Source of the DNA: Chrysemys picta bellii
Lineage: Eukaryota
Direction of reading: 5' to 3'
NCBI RefSeq assembly: GCF_011386835.1
Contig: NC_088804.1
Location: forward strand, 43,400,001-43,464,000
Length of the DNA: 64,000 bases
A program made the translations under genes and the position numbers. The first letter of the stretch is position 1. Every line of letters starts with the position of its first letter. This document shows positions 27,421 to 38,800 of the stretch, piece after piece. The notes beneath the pieces are model-generated. The model saw nothing but the letters and a program-made list of their open reading frames with translations, ran no database searches and had not been told where the DNA came from.

Positions 27421-30400
27421 ATAATAAATTCTATTAGTAACAATAAGTGCTGAAGTCCAAGCAGTGAAAGATCAGTAAATAACTCGGAGTATGGTTAAAA
27501 CCCATTTGCTCTGTAAATAAAAATGTAGTTAATTAAAAGACTCTAAACCATGTAGATGCAGTACATACGTGCGCAGAGCTCCCATTGATTTACCTGACAG
27601 TTTTGGGTACAAATACAAGGTATGGTGCTGTATGGACCACAGAATGTATCTAATCTAAAACCCCAATAAACCCTGTGTATTGCAGACACCTTGACCCCGC
27701 TGATGTCAATGACAAAACTGTTGACTTCATTGGGGCCTAGGTTTCACCCCTTGTTTTTATTTAGGGTTAAAAGTATTAGTTGCATGATATTAGCAGTTTA
27801 AGCTTAGCAAGTTAGAAATAATATGATAAATATGACTATTTGAGCCTGCTTGAGTATTGCAATAAAGGAATATGGTAGGAAATAGGCAGCTTCTGAAAGG
27901 TTTAAAAAAACAAAAGGAAAAGGCTGAGTGTGACTGTCAGTTTAGAGAATGTACGTGACAAATGGTATCCAGCAATTGCACCGAGTTAGAGAGTATGAAT
28001 AAGAAGAAAGATGGTAAATATTGACGACAGAAGATGGCAGCTGAACCTGATATTCAGGAACAGAGATCAGGGTAGTTTGTTGATACTCACTTCCAGGGAA
28101 AATTGTGAAATAATTCTGTTCAAGAACTACCCAATTCAAAGTTTTCAGTTACTGCTGTCGCTGAGATGATATGGAAGGTACATAAAACAGACCCCCGATC
28201 TGTTCAGGATCTGCATTTTTTTCCCCTTTTCCCTTTTTTTTCTTTTCTTTTTTTTTACAAAGATATTAGTGAGATTCCCCTATAAAGACCATAATGGATC
28301 CATGTGAATTGTACTATTAGACAAGAGGTCTTTTACTCTTCATATGATACATTAGTATTAGAAACACATGTTGCAAGCCAAGGTAATTTTCTTTACAGAC
28401 AATGAAGTGTATGACTAGTTTTAGCAAATTTTCTGTTCTTAAACAGTTTACCACTCTCCACAAATGCCTGGACTAGAAACAGCATAACGAATATTAAAAT
28501 AAAGCACAAACTTCATGAAAGGTTTTGAAAGTTTGTGGAAATAAAGCAGCAAGAGGCTCCTTAAAAATGTCCAGGGAGCATTTTATTTTATTCAGAAATG
28601 ATTATACTTCTGGGGAAGTTTTTGGTTACAGTCCAATCATAATTTGAAAAAATATCTATCATTTGTGACAATTTTCAGTAATTTGATAATTTCTCAAGAT
28701 TAGGTAATTTAAAAAAATATTGCTATTATTTTCACTTTTCCACTTGAAGCGGTGGATAATCAGGCATCAATATAGTTTTCAAGGATTGTCTACTCTGACA
28801 CTAAATGTGTGTGTGTCGCAATATTTTGCAATGATCAAGGCAGTGTCTTTAAATAAAAGTGAAAAGTTATGTGACCTTCACTGTCAAACTAAATTTAGAC
28901 CATGCCACAAACAACACTTTGCTTTTTCTTTTAAATTATCTGTTACCATCTTTTGCAATTTGTCTATAGGATGGGAGAAGTATGAAAGATATAAATATAA
29001 TGGGATGTTTTTATTTTAGAGAGAGATTTCTCCAGGCTAACAAATAGATATGAGCAATTTTAGGTGCCTTAAATTGTTGCAAGGCTGTTGACCCTTTTTT
29101 GTTTTGTTTGTTTGATTTTGTAAAACTTTGGTTAGTTCCTTAATTTCTCCTTTTTAAAAGATTCATTTTCCATTTTTAAATCTTTGGGTTCTGTTTACTG
29201 CCATTTTCATATTTCTCTTTTCTCATTCTTTGTCTTGGTTTCAGATATTTACAGTACACTGGCTAGTTGCACAATAAAAGCACTGGTTCCCCAACCCTTG
29301 TTGTCCATACTAAAGGTGGTCAGGCCAAAGATTGTCAGACTGCAGAAATTCTTTCTTGTTCTACTGGAAATCTACCTGACTCCTCCCAGCCAGGAATATA
29401 TTATTGCACAGGGACCCAGACTTTTGATTGAAGTGATCATCACATTTACTTTCCTGTTGTTTGCACCTGCATCACATTCTTGTGGCAATATTGACTGACA
29501 ATCACCTCTTGCTCGAAACTAGTTGTCAAAGGCTGCATCAGTGCAATCTTTCCCCTCTTGGTGGCTGAAAGAAACACATCTGTATTTCCAGAGCCCCTCC
29601 AGTGTTTGTTTCTCTTTGGAAACACTTCTGAAAATAGAGCTGTAGAAATGCTCCCAATTCCAGTAGCCCTGTAGCATTGTAAGTACTGTTCTGCTCGGCT
29701 TCATTATTTTTTAACAGATAAACTGGTTGAGTTCAATGAAACAAAGTGCAAGCAAACAAGAGCTAGAAGCAAATGCAACCTAGGAATTAATGCTGCATCC
29801 AGCTACCGAGCTTTGGAAGGGGACATGGCCAGAATACAGTGTTGTTCTTTATCCCTCCTTCCCCCACCGTCTCAGATTTTAAATGCATTTTCAAAAACCC
29901 CTAAGCATATTGCATTGCATTTAGAAGTTTGTGTTGTGGCATATTCCATTACTCTTCTGTACCCTAACATTACTTTAAAATCATTTTTAGTGTTTGTTGT
30001 TTTGTATATTACAAAGTACAAAATTCTTATATTTCACGGGTCAAATATCAAATTAGTCCTTTTATAATATACCTTCAAAAAGCAGTAATCCAGCCATTCC
30101 GTGTGAGAGACAATGATGGTATAACACCACCATGCAGGTTGCTAAATTGCAGTACAATACAATTTACGGAGCATAATTATTTCCTTTTATAACAGCAATG
30201 TTGTTTTTAATGCAAAAGAACATGGCCAGGGCTGTTTCTGTGCATAGAATCCACCTGTTTTGATCAGGCCATCTAAAATACCAAATCAAGAACAACAGAC
30301 TGATGAGAAACGTATCACCAGAATGGCTTATCCTTGTCTAGCTTGTTCAAAGTTTCTAGGTGCCTTTGGTGTGGCATTAGACTCTGTTTTTTTTTCTAAT

Positions 30401-31041
30401 TTTCAATCGTGTTATCTTAGTACTATAGGTACGCACTGGCCTTGTATCTGTTTTGCCAGTATAGTATGAAAGCATACACAGCAGTATATAATGCAAGGGG
30501 ACAGACATTGTTGGGCTACCTACTCCTCTTCTGAACATACTTTATTCCTGTATTATTGTATCAAAAATGAGTTTTAATACAATACCACAGGAAACTAAGG
30601 GCCCTATTCAGAGATTACTTGCACCCCATGGAAGGGTGCTTTTCATGTACTGGAAGTCTGATTGAAAAAACCAGCCCTACATGACTCTCCTGTATACTGT
30701 AACTTACACACAAATGGGTAGTTCTTGAGGTTTCCTGTATTAGTATCTGCTCCTTTGACATGCCTGGCACAAGCCCAACAGGATCTCATTGTGGCATTTT
30801 TATTAAGAAAGGGGACTTGGATTCTTTTTTCTCCGTCAGCTGCTGAAATAGGAAGGTTTTAAGAACAAAGGGAAAACTTGTGCCAAGGAGAGAGACAAGA
30901 GGATTATCGCTTCCTAAAGAAGGGGGATGTCCCACACACCAAACGACTTACCATCCTAATGAGCAGACAGTTTTTCAGATGCTGGTAAATATATTTAGAG
31001 AGAAGTACATTTGGGTGCCATCTTTACTCATTTATTCTTCA

Positions 31042-31278
31042 NNNNNNNNNNNNNNNNNNNNNNNNNNNNNNNNNNNNNNNNNNNNNNNNNNNNNNNNNNN
31101 NNNNNNNNNNNNNNNNNNNNNNNNNNNNNNNNNNNNNNNNNNNNNNNNNNNNNNNNNNNNNNNNNNNNNNNNNNNNNNNNNNNNNNNNNNNNNNNNNNNN
31201 NNNNNNNNNNNNNNNNNNNNNNNNNNNNNNNNNNNNNNNNNNNNNNNNNNNNNNNNNNNNNNNNNNNNNNNNNNNNNN
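31042..31278. other. N block (237 bp)
   Basis: Run of N, preceded by tttactcatttattcttca. Confidence 0.95.
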
Positions 31279-31689
31279 CCTTTAATTGGTAGGAGCGGCT
31301 CTTGCTGAGTTTTCTCTCTTCTGCTGAAGGGTGAGGTGCTATACAAAACACACTGTTTCTATAGCTGCAAAGGGTCATACTCTTCCTGGCTGGTCACAGT
31401 TTTACAGCTTGAGTTTTGGAAACATTTTAAGCTTGGCACCGGTTTCCAACCTGTTCACCACAGTAATATTCTGTGTCAGTAATAACTTTTTCCATCTGCA
31501 GCAAGACATAGTCATCTCCTTTCCTTGAAATCCATCTGTGATGCAGAACGTGTATTTAGCTCTACTTATTCCATGTTTGATCCTTGAGTAAGTGAGTGAG
31601 TTAGTGAGCCCATCACACCACATGCTTTGGTGGAGAAAGATGAATTCTTAAAAATGAGTAGGAACTGCCTGACAGAGCTGAGATTATTG

Positions 31690-32240
31690 GAGTTACAAAA
31701 GGATCTCACAAAACCGGGTGACGGGGCAAGAAAATGGCAGATGAAATTCAATGTTAAGTGCAAAGTAGTGCACATTGGAAAACGTAATCCCAACTATAGA
31801 TCCAGGATGAAGGGATCTAAATTAGCTGTTACCACTCAAGAAAGAGATCTTGGAGTCATGGATAGTTCTCTGAAAATGTCTGCTCAATATACAGTGGTAG
31901 TCAAAAAAGTGAACAGGCTGTTAGGAACCATTAGGAAAAGGATAAATAATAAAATTGTAAGTTTCATAATGACACTATATAAATCCATGGAACACCTGCA
32001 CCTTGAATACTGCATGGAGTTCTGGTTGTCCTATCTCAGAAAAGATCTATTAGAATTGGAAAAAGTACAGAAAGGGGCAACAGAAATGATTAGGGGTACG
32101 GAGCAACTTACATACGATGGGAGATTAAAAAGACGGGGGCTGTTCAGCTTAGAAAGGAGATGACTCGGGGGGTGGGTGGGGGGGGATATGACAGAGGTCT
32201 ATAGAATCATGTGGAGGAAGTGAATAAGGAAGTGTTATTT
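31690..32240 (+). mobile_element. Truncated CR1 LINE, left part (split by the DIRS insertion)
   Basis: ORF 31627-32163 includes WQMKFNVKCKVVHIG...HLEYCMEFW...LEKVQKGATEMIRG; sequence stops at gtgaataaggaagtgttattt and resumes at 38110 accccttcacataac. Confidence 0.9.
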
Positions 32241-32428
32241 CTTCTTCGAGTGATTGTTCACGTCCATTACACATTAGGTGTGCGCGCGCCGCGTGCACGG
32301 ACGTCGGAAACTTTTTCCCTCAGCGGCTCCCTTTGGGCTGGCAGGGACCCCCCCTCCCGCCAGAGCGGCGCCCCGCTCTAGCGTATATATATCCCTGCGG
32401 GCCCGACCCTCCCTCAGTTCCTTCTTAC
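32241..32428 (+). repeat. DIRS left inverted terminal repeat
   Basis: Reverse complement of ~37889-38075; hand count ~8 substitutions and 1 indel over ~175 bp. Confidence 0.92.
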
Positions 32429-32626
32429 CGTCCGTGACGGCGTTGGAACAACTCTGTCTCTCGCTTGAGAGTGTCCCTTAGCGTTAGTTGTTAGTGTTAC
32501 TCTTAGCAGTAATCAGTTCTTAGTAGCTAGTGTTAATCTTAGCAGTTATCAGTTCTTTTAGTAGTAGTTAAGCTCCTTTGTGTTAGGTGTTTGGTCAATC
32601 CCGACACCAGCCCTGGTTGGCGGGGC

Positions 32627-35006
32627 ATGCCGCATGCCCAAGGCTTCAAGGCTTGTGCCACGTGCCGCAAGCCTATGCCGATAAGCGATCCCCACGACTC
32701 GTGCCTCCGTTGCCTGCGGGAAGCACACCAAAAAGAGCGCTGCAAGGTCTGTAAGGCCTTCAAGCCCAGGACTAAGAAAGAGAGGGACTTTCGCCTTAAG
32801 CAGCTGCTCATGGAGGCTGCATTACAGCCCTCCTCTTCGGCACAGCAGGCTGCGGCACCGTCAACTTCAGTGCGGAGTGCCCCGGCATCGGTTTGTGATC
32901 CGGCACCGGCGGGGCACCCTAAGCCTACAGCACCGACACAGCAGGACCGCCCCCAGCACTGGTCATCTTCGCTGGCAAAATCGAAGGGCCAACCCAAGGC
33001 CCGAGGACGCTCCCCACGTAAGAGGGCAGCGCCCGCAAAGACCTCGAGTGCACCTAAGGGCGTGGTGGCCCCAGGACAGATCCCGGTGCCAGTGGCTCCG
33101 GCGCTGAAAGGCCCATCGAGCCCCGGGATAGGTGCATCGAGTGAGGAGGAAGGGCTGGAGGAGCTTTTGGAACAGCCCTCCACCCCGGACACATTTGAGG
33201 CAGCAAAGGACCTCATTGTATTGTCCGCTGAGGACCCTCTCCAAGCCAAGGACAATCCGCCGAGACTGCCATCCAGAGGCAAGCTGGCAATGGTGCGCCC
33301 ATCATGGTCACCATCTCGGCACCATTTACGGCGCCGATCCCGGTCGAGCTCCGCCTCGGTGGACTCCCGGCTACCCTCGGCGCAGAGGGCCGCGCAGCCG
33401 TCGGGCCCGAATAAGCGCCCGGCACCGACCCAGCAGCCCTACTCGAGTAAGCACCGGGACGTGTCAGCCACACGATCCCTGAGACCGACCACTCGCAGTC
33501 GTTCCCGGTTCCGAGGTCACCGGTACCGATCCAGGTCCAGGTCGGCAAGATGCTACTCCCGGTCCCGGTCACGGAGGCACTACTCTCCGATCCCGGACTG
33601 GCACCGTCCCACGGCACCACCGTGGCCATCCAGGTCACCATCCGTGGTTTCAGAGGCAGACTCGGGCCAGTCCAGCAGATTTACCCACAAGGCACCGACC
33701 GGTAGGGAACACGAAGCCGCGTGGCATCCACACTGGGGCCAGCCAGGACAATGGCCATTCTGGACCCCTTGGGCCTAGCACCAGCAAGGCCCCTCACCCA
33801 GGACCTCGAGATCTGGCCCCTTGGGACACCGGTCCCGCTCCCCACAGGGGCGCCCCTCCTCTCGCAAGGAGGCCATGGTCTCCAGACCACCGGAGCGAGA
33901 AAGAGCCTAGTCTCAGATACGGCAGACCCCAGAGGAGCGCCCAGTCGGTGAGGAGTTGCAGGAAGAGGAGGACGCTCAGAAGGCCCTAACCTCTTCCTCC
34001 TCACCAGATGAAGCCGTGGCGGGCACGACAGTGTCCGGCCCTCCTCCGATTGACCATCGGGCGCACCAGGAACTGCTCCGCTGAGTAGCCCTCAATCTGG
34101 GGTTGCAGGCAGAGGAGACGGTAGAGCAGGAGGACCCCATGGTTGACATTCTAAGCCCGGAAGGCCCCTCCAGGATCCCGCTCCCGCTCATAAAAACTGT
34201 ACAATCTAACTATAAGACAGTATGGCAAACACCGACCTCCAGTGCACCAACCGCGAAAGACGTAGAGAGGAAGTACTTTGCCCCCTCCAAAGGGTTCGAC
34301 TTCCTCTTTTCTCACCCAACACCCTGTTCTCTGGTCGTCTCGGCGGTCAACGAATGAGAGCGGCATGGCCAGCAAGCCCTTGCCCCCAAGGCCAAGGAGG
34401 CAAGGCGCTTGGACTTATTTGGTAGGAAGGTCTACTCGTCCGGGGGCCTCCAGTTGAGGATCACTAACCAACAAGCGATTCTGAACAGACACAATTTCAA
34501 TTCTTGGGCATCAGTCTCCAAGTTTAAGGACTCCCTGCCCCAGGGTTCACAACCCGAGTTCGCTGTCTTAGTGGATGAAGGGAAGGCAGTAGCCAAGACC
34601 TCTCTGCAGGCCTCGCTTGACTCGGCGGACGCAGCTGCCAGGACAATCGCGTCAGGAGTGGTGATGAGGTGCTCAGCATGGCTACAGGCTTCCCCCAGAG
34701 GTACAAAACACCTTGCAAGACCTCCCGTTCAAGGGGTCAGGCTTGTTCTCAGACCAGACGGATGCCAGATTACATAGCCTCAAAGACTCTCGAGCAACCC
34801 TCAAGTCGTTGGGAATGCACACCCCAGTGACTCAGAGGAAACCCTTTAAGCCCCAACCACCGCAGAGGCAGTACCACCCTCGTCCTAGACAGGAACTGTA
34901 CCGCAGAAGGGGCAGGGACAACAGGCATAGACGTAACAACACGCCTGACCAGGGCCAAAGCCGCGGCCAAGGCAAGCCGCAGCCGGGAAATAAGCAAGGG
35001 TTTTGA
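32627..35006 (+). pseudogene. DIRS ORF1 (gag-like): N-terminal Cys/His zinc-binding motif, RS-rich middle, LAP2alpha-like C-terminal region; disrupted
   Basis: MPHAQGFKACATCRKPMPISDPHDSCLRCLREAHQKERCKVC at the start; in-frame stops at 33776, ~33908, ~34082 and 34355; frameshift ~34690; ends KQGF* at 35006. Confidence 0.8.
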
Positions 35007-35010
35007 AGCT

Positions 35011-36686
35011 GTGATCGAGGACAGCGTACCGATCCTTATACCGGATCCTCCCCTATGTTTCAGGGACCGCTTGTCCCATTTCTACCGTGCTTGGTCCCGT
35101 ATAACATCGGACCGCTGGGTCCTTCGCACGGTGGAGGTGTGGGATACACCCTTCAGTTCTCCTCACCCCCTCCCTCCCACCCCCCAGCCCCGTCCCTCTT
35201 CAGGGACCCCTCTCACGAGCAACTCCTTATGCAGGAGGTGCGGGCCCTCCTCGAAGTAGGAGCGGTGGAAGAGGTCCCTCCGGACTTAAGAGGGAAAGGG
35301 TTTTACTCCAGATATTTCCTTATTCCCAAAGCAAAAGGGGGCCTCTGTCCTATTTTGGACCTACGCAAACTAAACAAATTTTTGGTCAAGGCACGTTTTC
35401 GTATGGTCTCCCTTGGCGCTATTATCCCATCCCTCGCGGGCAGGTCGGAGGACAAGGTCCGCTCCCATGTGGCACTGGCATTACAGGTGTTCCGCAAGCT
35501 CGGCCAACTGGTCAATGTACCCAAGTCCTCACTGATCCCCATGCAGGATTTCATAGGAGCAGTCCTGGACTCGGTGGCGGCACGGGCAAGTCTTCCAGTT
35601 TCCAGGTTCCTGGCCATTCAAAAGGTCGTAAGCTACATCCACCAGTTTCCCACGACCACGGCCAGATGCTGTATGCAACTCTTGGGGCACATGGCGGCTT
35701 GCACACATGTAGTCAGACATGCCCGCCTGAGACTCAGACCGTTACAGCTGTGGCTGGCCCAAACGTATCACCCCAACAGAGACCCCTTAGACCTAGTAGT
35801 GACAATCCCAGCTCGGGTATCGAACTCTCTCCGCTGGTGGCTCGATCAGCAGCAGGTTTGCAAAGGGGTCCCTTTCGCCACCCCGCAACCCACCCTGACG
35901 GTAGTGACAGATGCGTCGGACCTGGACTGGGGGGCGCACCTTGGGGACCTGCGGACCCAGGGCTTTTGGTCCAGGGAAGAAAGGGTGCTCCACATCAATC
36001 TGAAGGAGTTAAGGGCAGTTCACCTCACCTGCCAGACCTTTCATGCTACCATTGAAGGCCACAGCGTGTCAGCTCTGACGGACAACAGTACCGCCATGTT
36101 CTACATAAACAAGCAGGGCGGGTCCCGATCCTCTCCCCTCTGTCACGAGGCGCTCCTCCTATGGGACTTCTGTATAGCCCATTCAGTCCAACTACTGGCA
36201 GCGTATCTCCCAGGGGTCCAAAACGGGTTAGCAGACCGCCTCAGCCAGTCCTACCACATGCACGAATGGACGCTGAGAAAGGACGTCCTGCATTCAGTCT
36301 TCCAGAGGTGGGGGTTTCCCCAGGTGGATCTCTTCACCACCAAGGACAACAGCCAATGCCCTCAGTTTTGTTCATTCCAGAACCTCAGCCCGGGATCATT
36401 GGCAGATGCCTTCGCGATTCCGTGGGGCGGGAGCCTGAGGTATGCCTTCCCACCATTCCCGCTCATCCACAGGGTCCTGCTCAAGACCCGCAGGGACAAG
36501 GTGACAATCATCCTTATCGCCCCGGCGTGGCCATGCCAGCATTGGTTCACGACCCTGCTGGAACTGTCATTGACCGCCCCGATTACCCTACCCCTCCATC
36601 GCGACCTCGTCACACAGGACCGGGGTCGCCTACTCCACCCGAACCTACCGTCGCTACATCTCACGGCGTGGTATGTCTCTGGCTAA
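35011..36686 (+). pseudogene. DIRS ORF2: RT (catalytic core deleted) / RNase H / Dam-like methyltransferase
   Basis: FYSRYFLIPKAKGGLCPILDLRKLN (RT N-terminus); RNase H TDAS...HINLKELRAV...TDNSTA...NGLADRLS; MTase-like DLF...DAF...YAFPPF...LIAPAWP; 2-bp frameshift ~35140; no LDxxDAY, LPFG or YLDD motifs. Confidence 0.88.
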
Positions 36687-37717
36687 ACGATACGGAGCAT
36701 AGGTGCTCCCACCAGGTCCAGCAAATTCTTCTTGGTAGTAGGAAGCCCTGCACAAGAGCGACCTACCTTGCCAAATGGAAGAGATTCTCCCTCTGGTGCG
36801 AGCGTAATCTCATACAGCCTCTCCGGGTCTCCATCCCATCAATACTGGACTACTTGCTGCACCTCAAGGATCAAGGGCTCGCCCCCGCCTCAATTAAAGT
36901 GCATCTGGCCGCCATATCGGCGTTCCACCTGGGAGAGTTGGGGGGTTCGGTGTTCTCCAACCCCACAGTAGTCCGATTCCTCAAGGGGCTGGAGAGGGTG
37001 TTTCCCTACTCGCGCCCGCCAGTTCCCGCATGGAACCTTAACCTGGTCCTAACTAAACTCATGGGACCGCCCTTTGAACCCCTAGCCTCTTGCTCCCTCA
37101 TGCACCTCTCATGGAAGGTAGTGTTTTTAGTGGCCATCACATCAGCTAGGAGGGTATCAGAGTTGAGAGCCCTCACTTCGGAACCCCCATATACAGTTTT
37201 GTATAAGGATAAGGTGCAACTGAGGCCGCAACCCAAGTTCCTTCTTAAGGTGGTCATGCAATTTCATATGGGGCAGGACGTTTGTTTACCCGTGTTCTTC
37301 CCTAAGCCCCATACAGACCCAAGCCACCGCAGCCTGCATACCCTCGATTTCCGTAGAGCCTTGGCTTTCTATCTGGAATGGACCAGGCCATTCCGCAAGT
37401 CGACGCAACTGTTCGTTGCCATTGCAGAGAGAATGAAAGGCCAGCCTATCTCAGATCAACGCTTGTCAGCGTGGATTGTGCTTTGCATTTGCACATGCTA
37501 TGAGCTCGCCAACATACCAGCCCCGGCGATCAGGGCTCACTCGACTAGGGCCCAAGCGTCCTCGGGGGCTTTCTTGGCGCAGGTTCCACTCCAGGAAATC
37601 TGTAAAGCGGCCACCTGGTCGTCGGTACATACATTCACAGCCCATTATGCAATCCATCATCAGACCAGAGAGGACGCGGTGGTCGGCAGGGCTGTGCTTC
37701 AATCAATTGTTCCTTGA
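36161..37717 (+). CDS. DIRS tyrosine recombinase (open frame; recognisable YR part starts ~36680, overlapping ORF2)
   Basis: TRATYLAKWKRF (N-terminal domain), ITSARRVSEL (R), HSTR (H-x-x-R), AATWSS (W), FTAHY (Y nucleophile); no stop codon in 518 codons. Confidence 0.88.
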   Translation: MGLLYSPFSPTTGSVSPRGPKRVSRPPQPVLPHARMDAEKGRPAFSLPEVGVSPGGSLHHQGQQPMPSVLFIPEPQPGIIGRCLRDSVGREPEVCLPTIPAHPQGPAQDPQGQGDNHPYRPGVAMPALVHDPAGTVIDRPDYPTPPSRPRHTGPGSPTPPEPTVATSHGVVCLWLNDTEHRCSHQVQQILLGSRKPCTRATYLAKWKRFSLWCERNLIQPLRVSIPSILDYLLHLKDQGLAPASIKVHLAAISAFHLGELGGSVFSNPTVVRFLKGLERVFPYSRPPVPAWNLNLVLTKLMGPPFEPLASCSLMHLSWKVVFLVAITSARRVSELRALTSEPPYTVLYKDKVQLRPQPKFLLKVVMQFHMGQDVCLPVFFPKPHTDPSHRSLHTLDFRRALAFYLEWTRPFRKSTQLFVAIAERMKGQPISDQRLSAWIVLCICTCYELANIPAPAIRAHSTRAQASSGAFLAQVPLQEICKAATWSSVHTFTAHYAIHHQTREDAVVGRAVLQSIVP

Positions 37718-37750
37718 CTCCTACCCTCCTCCAATGGTAAGCTTGTGAGT

Positions 37751-37856
37751 CACCTAATGTGTAATGGACGTGAACAATCACTCGAAGAAGAAAAAATGGT
37801 TACCTACCTTCTGTAATTGTTGTTCTTCGAGATGTGTTGTTCACGTCCATTACACT
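37751..37856 (+). repeat. DIRS internal complementary region (ICR)
   Basis: 37751-37796 is complementary to the left terminus; 37791-37856 is complementary to the right terminus (2 mismatches); the halves join across AAAAAA. Confidence 0.93.
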
Positions 37857-37888
37857 CCCCACCCTCCTTCCCCTCTGTCGGAGTCTCC

Positions 37889-38109
37889 GGCAAGAAGGAA
37901 CCGAGGGAGGGTCGGGCCTGCAGGGATATATATACGCTAGAGCGGGCGCCGCTCTGGCGGGAGGGGGGGTCCCTGCCGGCCTGACGGGAGCCGCTGAGGG
38001 AAAAAGTTTCCGACGTCCATGCACGCGGCGCGCGCACACCTAATGTGTAATGGACGTGAACAACACATCTCGAAGAACAACAGTTACAGAAGGTAGGTAA
38101 CCGTTTTTT
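37889..38109 (-). repeat. DIRS right ITR plus right-end extension
   Basis: Inverted copy of the left ITR, then extension gaacaacagttacagaaggtaggtaaccgtttttt. Confidence 0.92.
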
Positions 38110-38800
38110 ACCCCTTCACATAACAGAAGAACCAGAGGTCACCCAATGAAATTAATAGAAAGCAGGTTTAATACAAACAAAAGGAAGTACTTCTTCACAC
38201 AACACACAGTCAACCTGTGGAACTCATTGCCAGGGGATATTGTGATGGCCAAAAGTATAACTGGGTTCAAAAAAGAATTCAGCTATGGCTCCACTACAGA
38301 GCTTACAGCAGTGCAGCTGTGCCGATGTCGCGCTGTTAGTGCAGACGCTCTAAGCTCAGGGGGGAGAGAGGTCTCCTGTCGACTTAGCTACCATCGCTCG
38401 GGCAGGGGTGGAGTAATTATGTCATTGGAATAAGCTCTCCCGCTGACATAGTGCTGTCTGCACAGGCACTTAGGTCGTTGTAACTTAAGTCACTCGGGGG
38501 GATGTCTTATTCACACCCCTGAGTGATGTAAGTGGTAGTGTGTATGTAGCCTTGGATAAGTTCCTGGAGGACAGGTCCATCAGTGGCTATTAGCCAAGAT
38601 GGCCAGGGATGCAACCCACGTTCTGGATGTCCTTAAGTTTCTGACTGCTGGGAGTGAATGATAAGAGATGGATCACCTGATAATTGGCCTGTTCTGTTCA
38701 TTCCCTCTGAAGGGTCTTGCACTGGCCACTGTCAGAGACATGATCCTGGGCTAGATGGACTATTGGTCTGACCCAGCATGGCCATTCATATGTTCTAATA
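38110..38800 (+). mobile_element. Right part of the split CR1 (ORF2 end and 3' UTR), further interrupted by a MITE
   Basis: KLIESRFNTNKRKYFFTQHTVNLWNSLP; 3' UTR ...ggactattggtctgacccagcatggccattcatatgttct. Confidence 0.88.
38281..38551. mobile_element. Harbinger-like MITE inside the CR1
   Basis: Degenerate ends agctatggctccact / gtgtgtatgtagcc (GGCTAYGTCTACACT-type); the CR1 text aaaagaatt...ggataagttc is continuous across it. Confidence 0.55.

Larger units (their letters stand above)
32238..38109 (+). mobile_element. DIRS1-type tyrosine-recombinase retrotransposon, structurally complete but coding-defective
   Basis: Inverted terminal repeats, internal complementary region, gag / RT-RNaseH-MTase / YR ORFs in canonical order, no TSD, TTT junction at both ends. 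Confidence 0.95.

Noticed and set aside
32539-33282. 247-aa antisense ORF and other overlapping ORFs within the DIRS
   Set aside because: Shadow frames of GC-rich gag sequence with no motifs.
37751-38109. Repeated gtgtaatggacgtgaacaa units suggesting a CRISPR-like or tandem array
   Set aside because: Fully explained by the DIRS ITR/ICR architecture; this is eukaryotic DNA with no spacers or cas genes.
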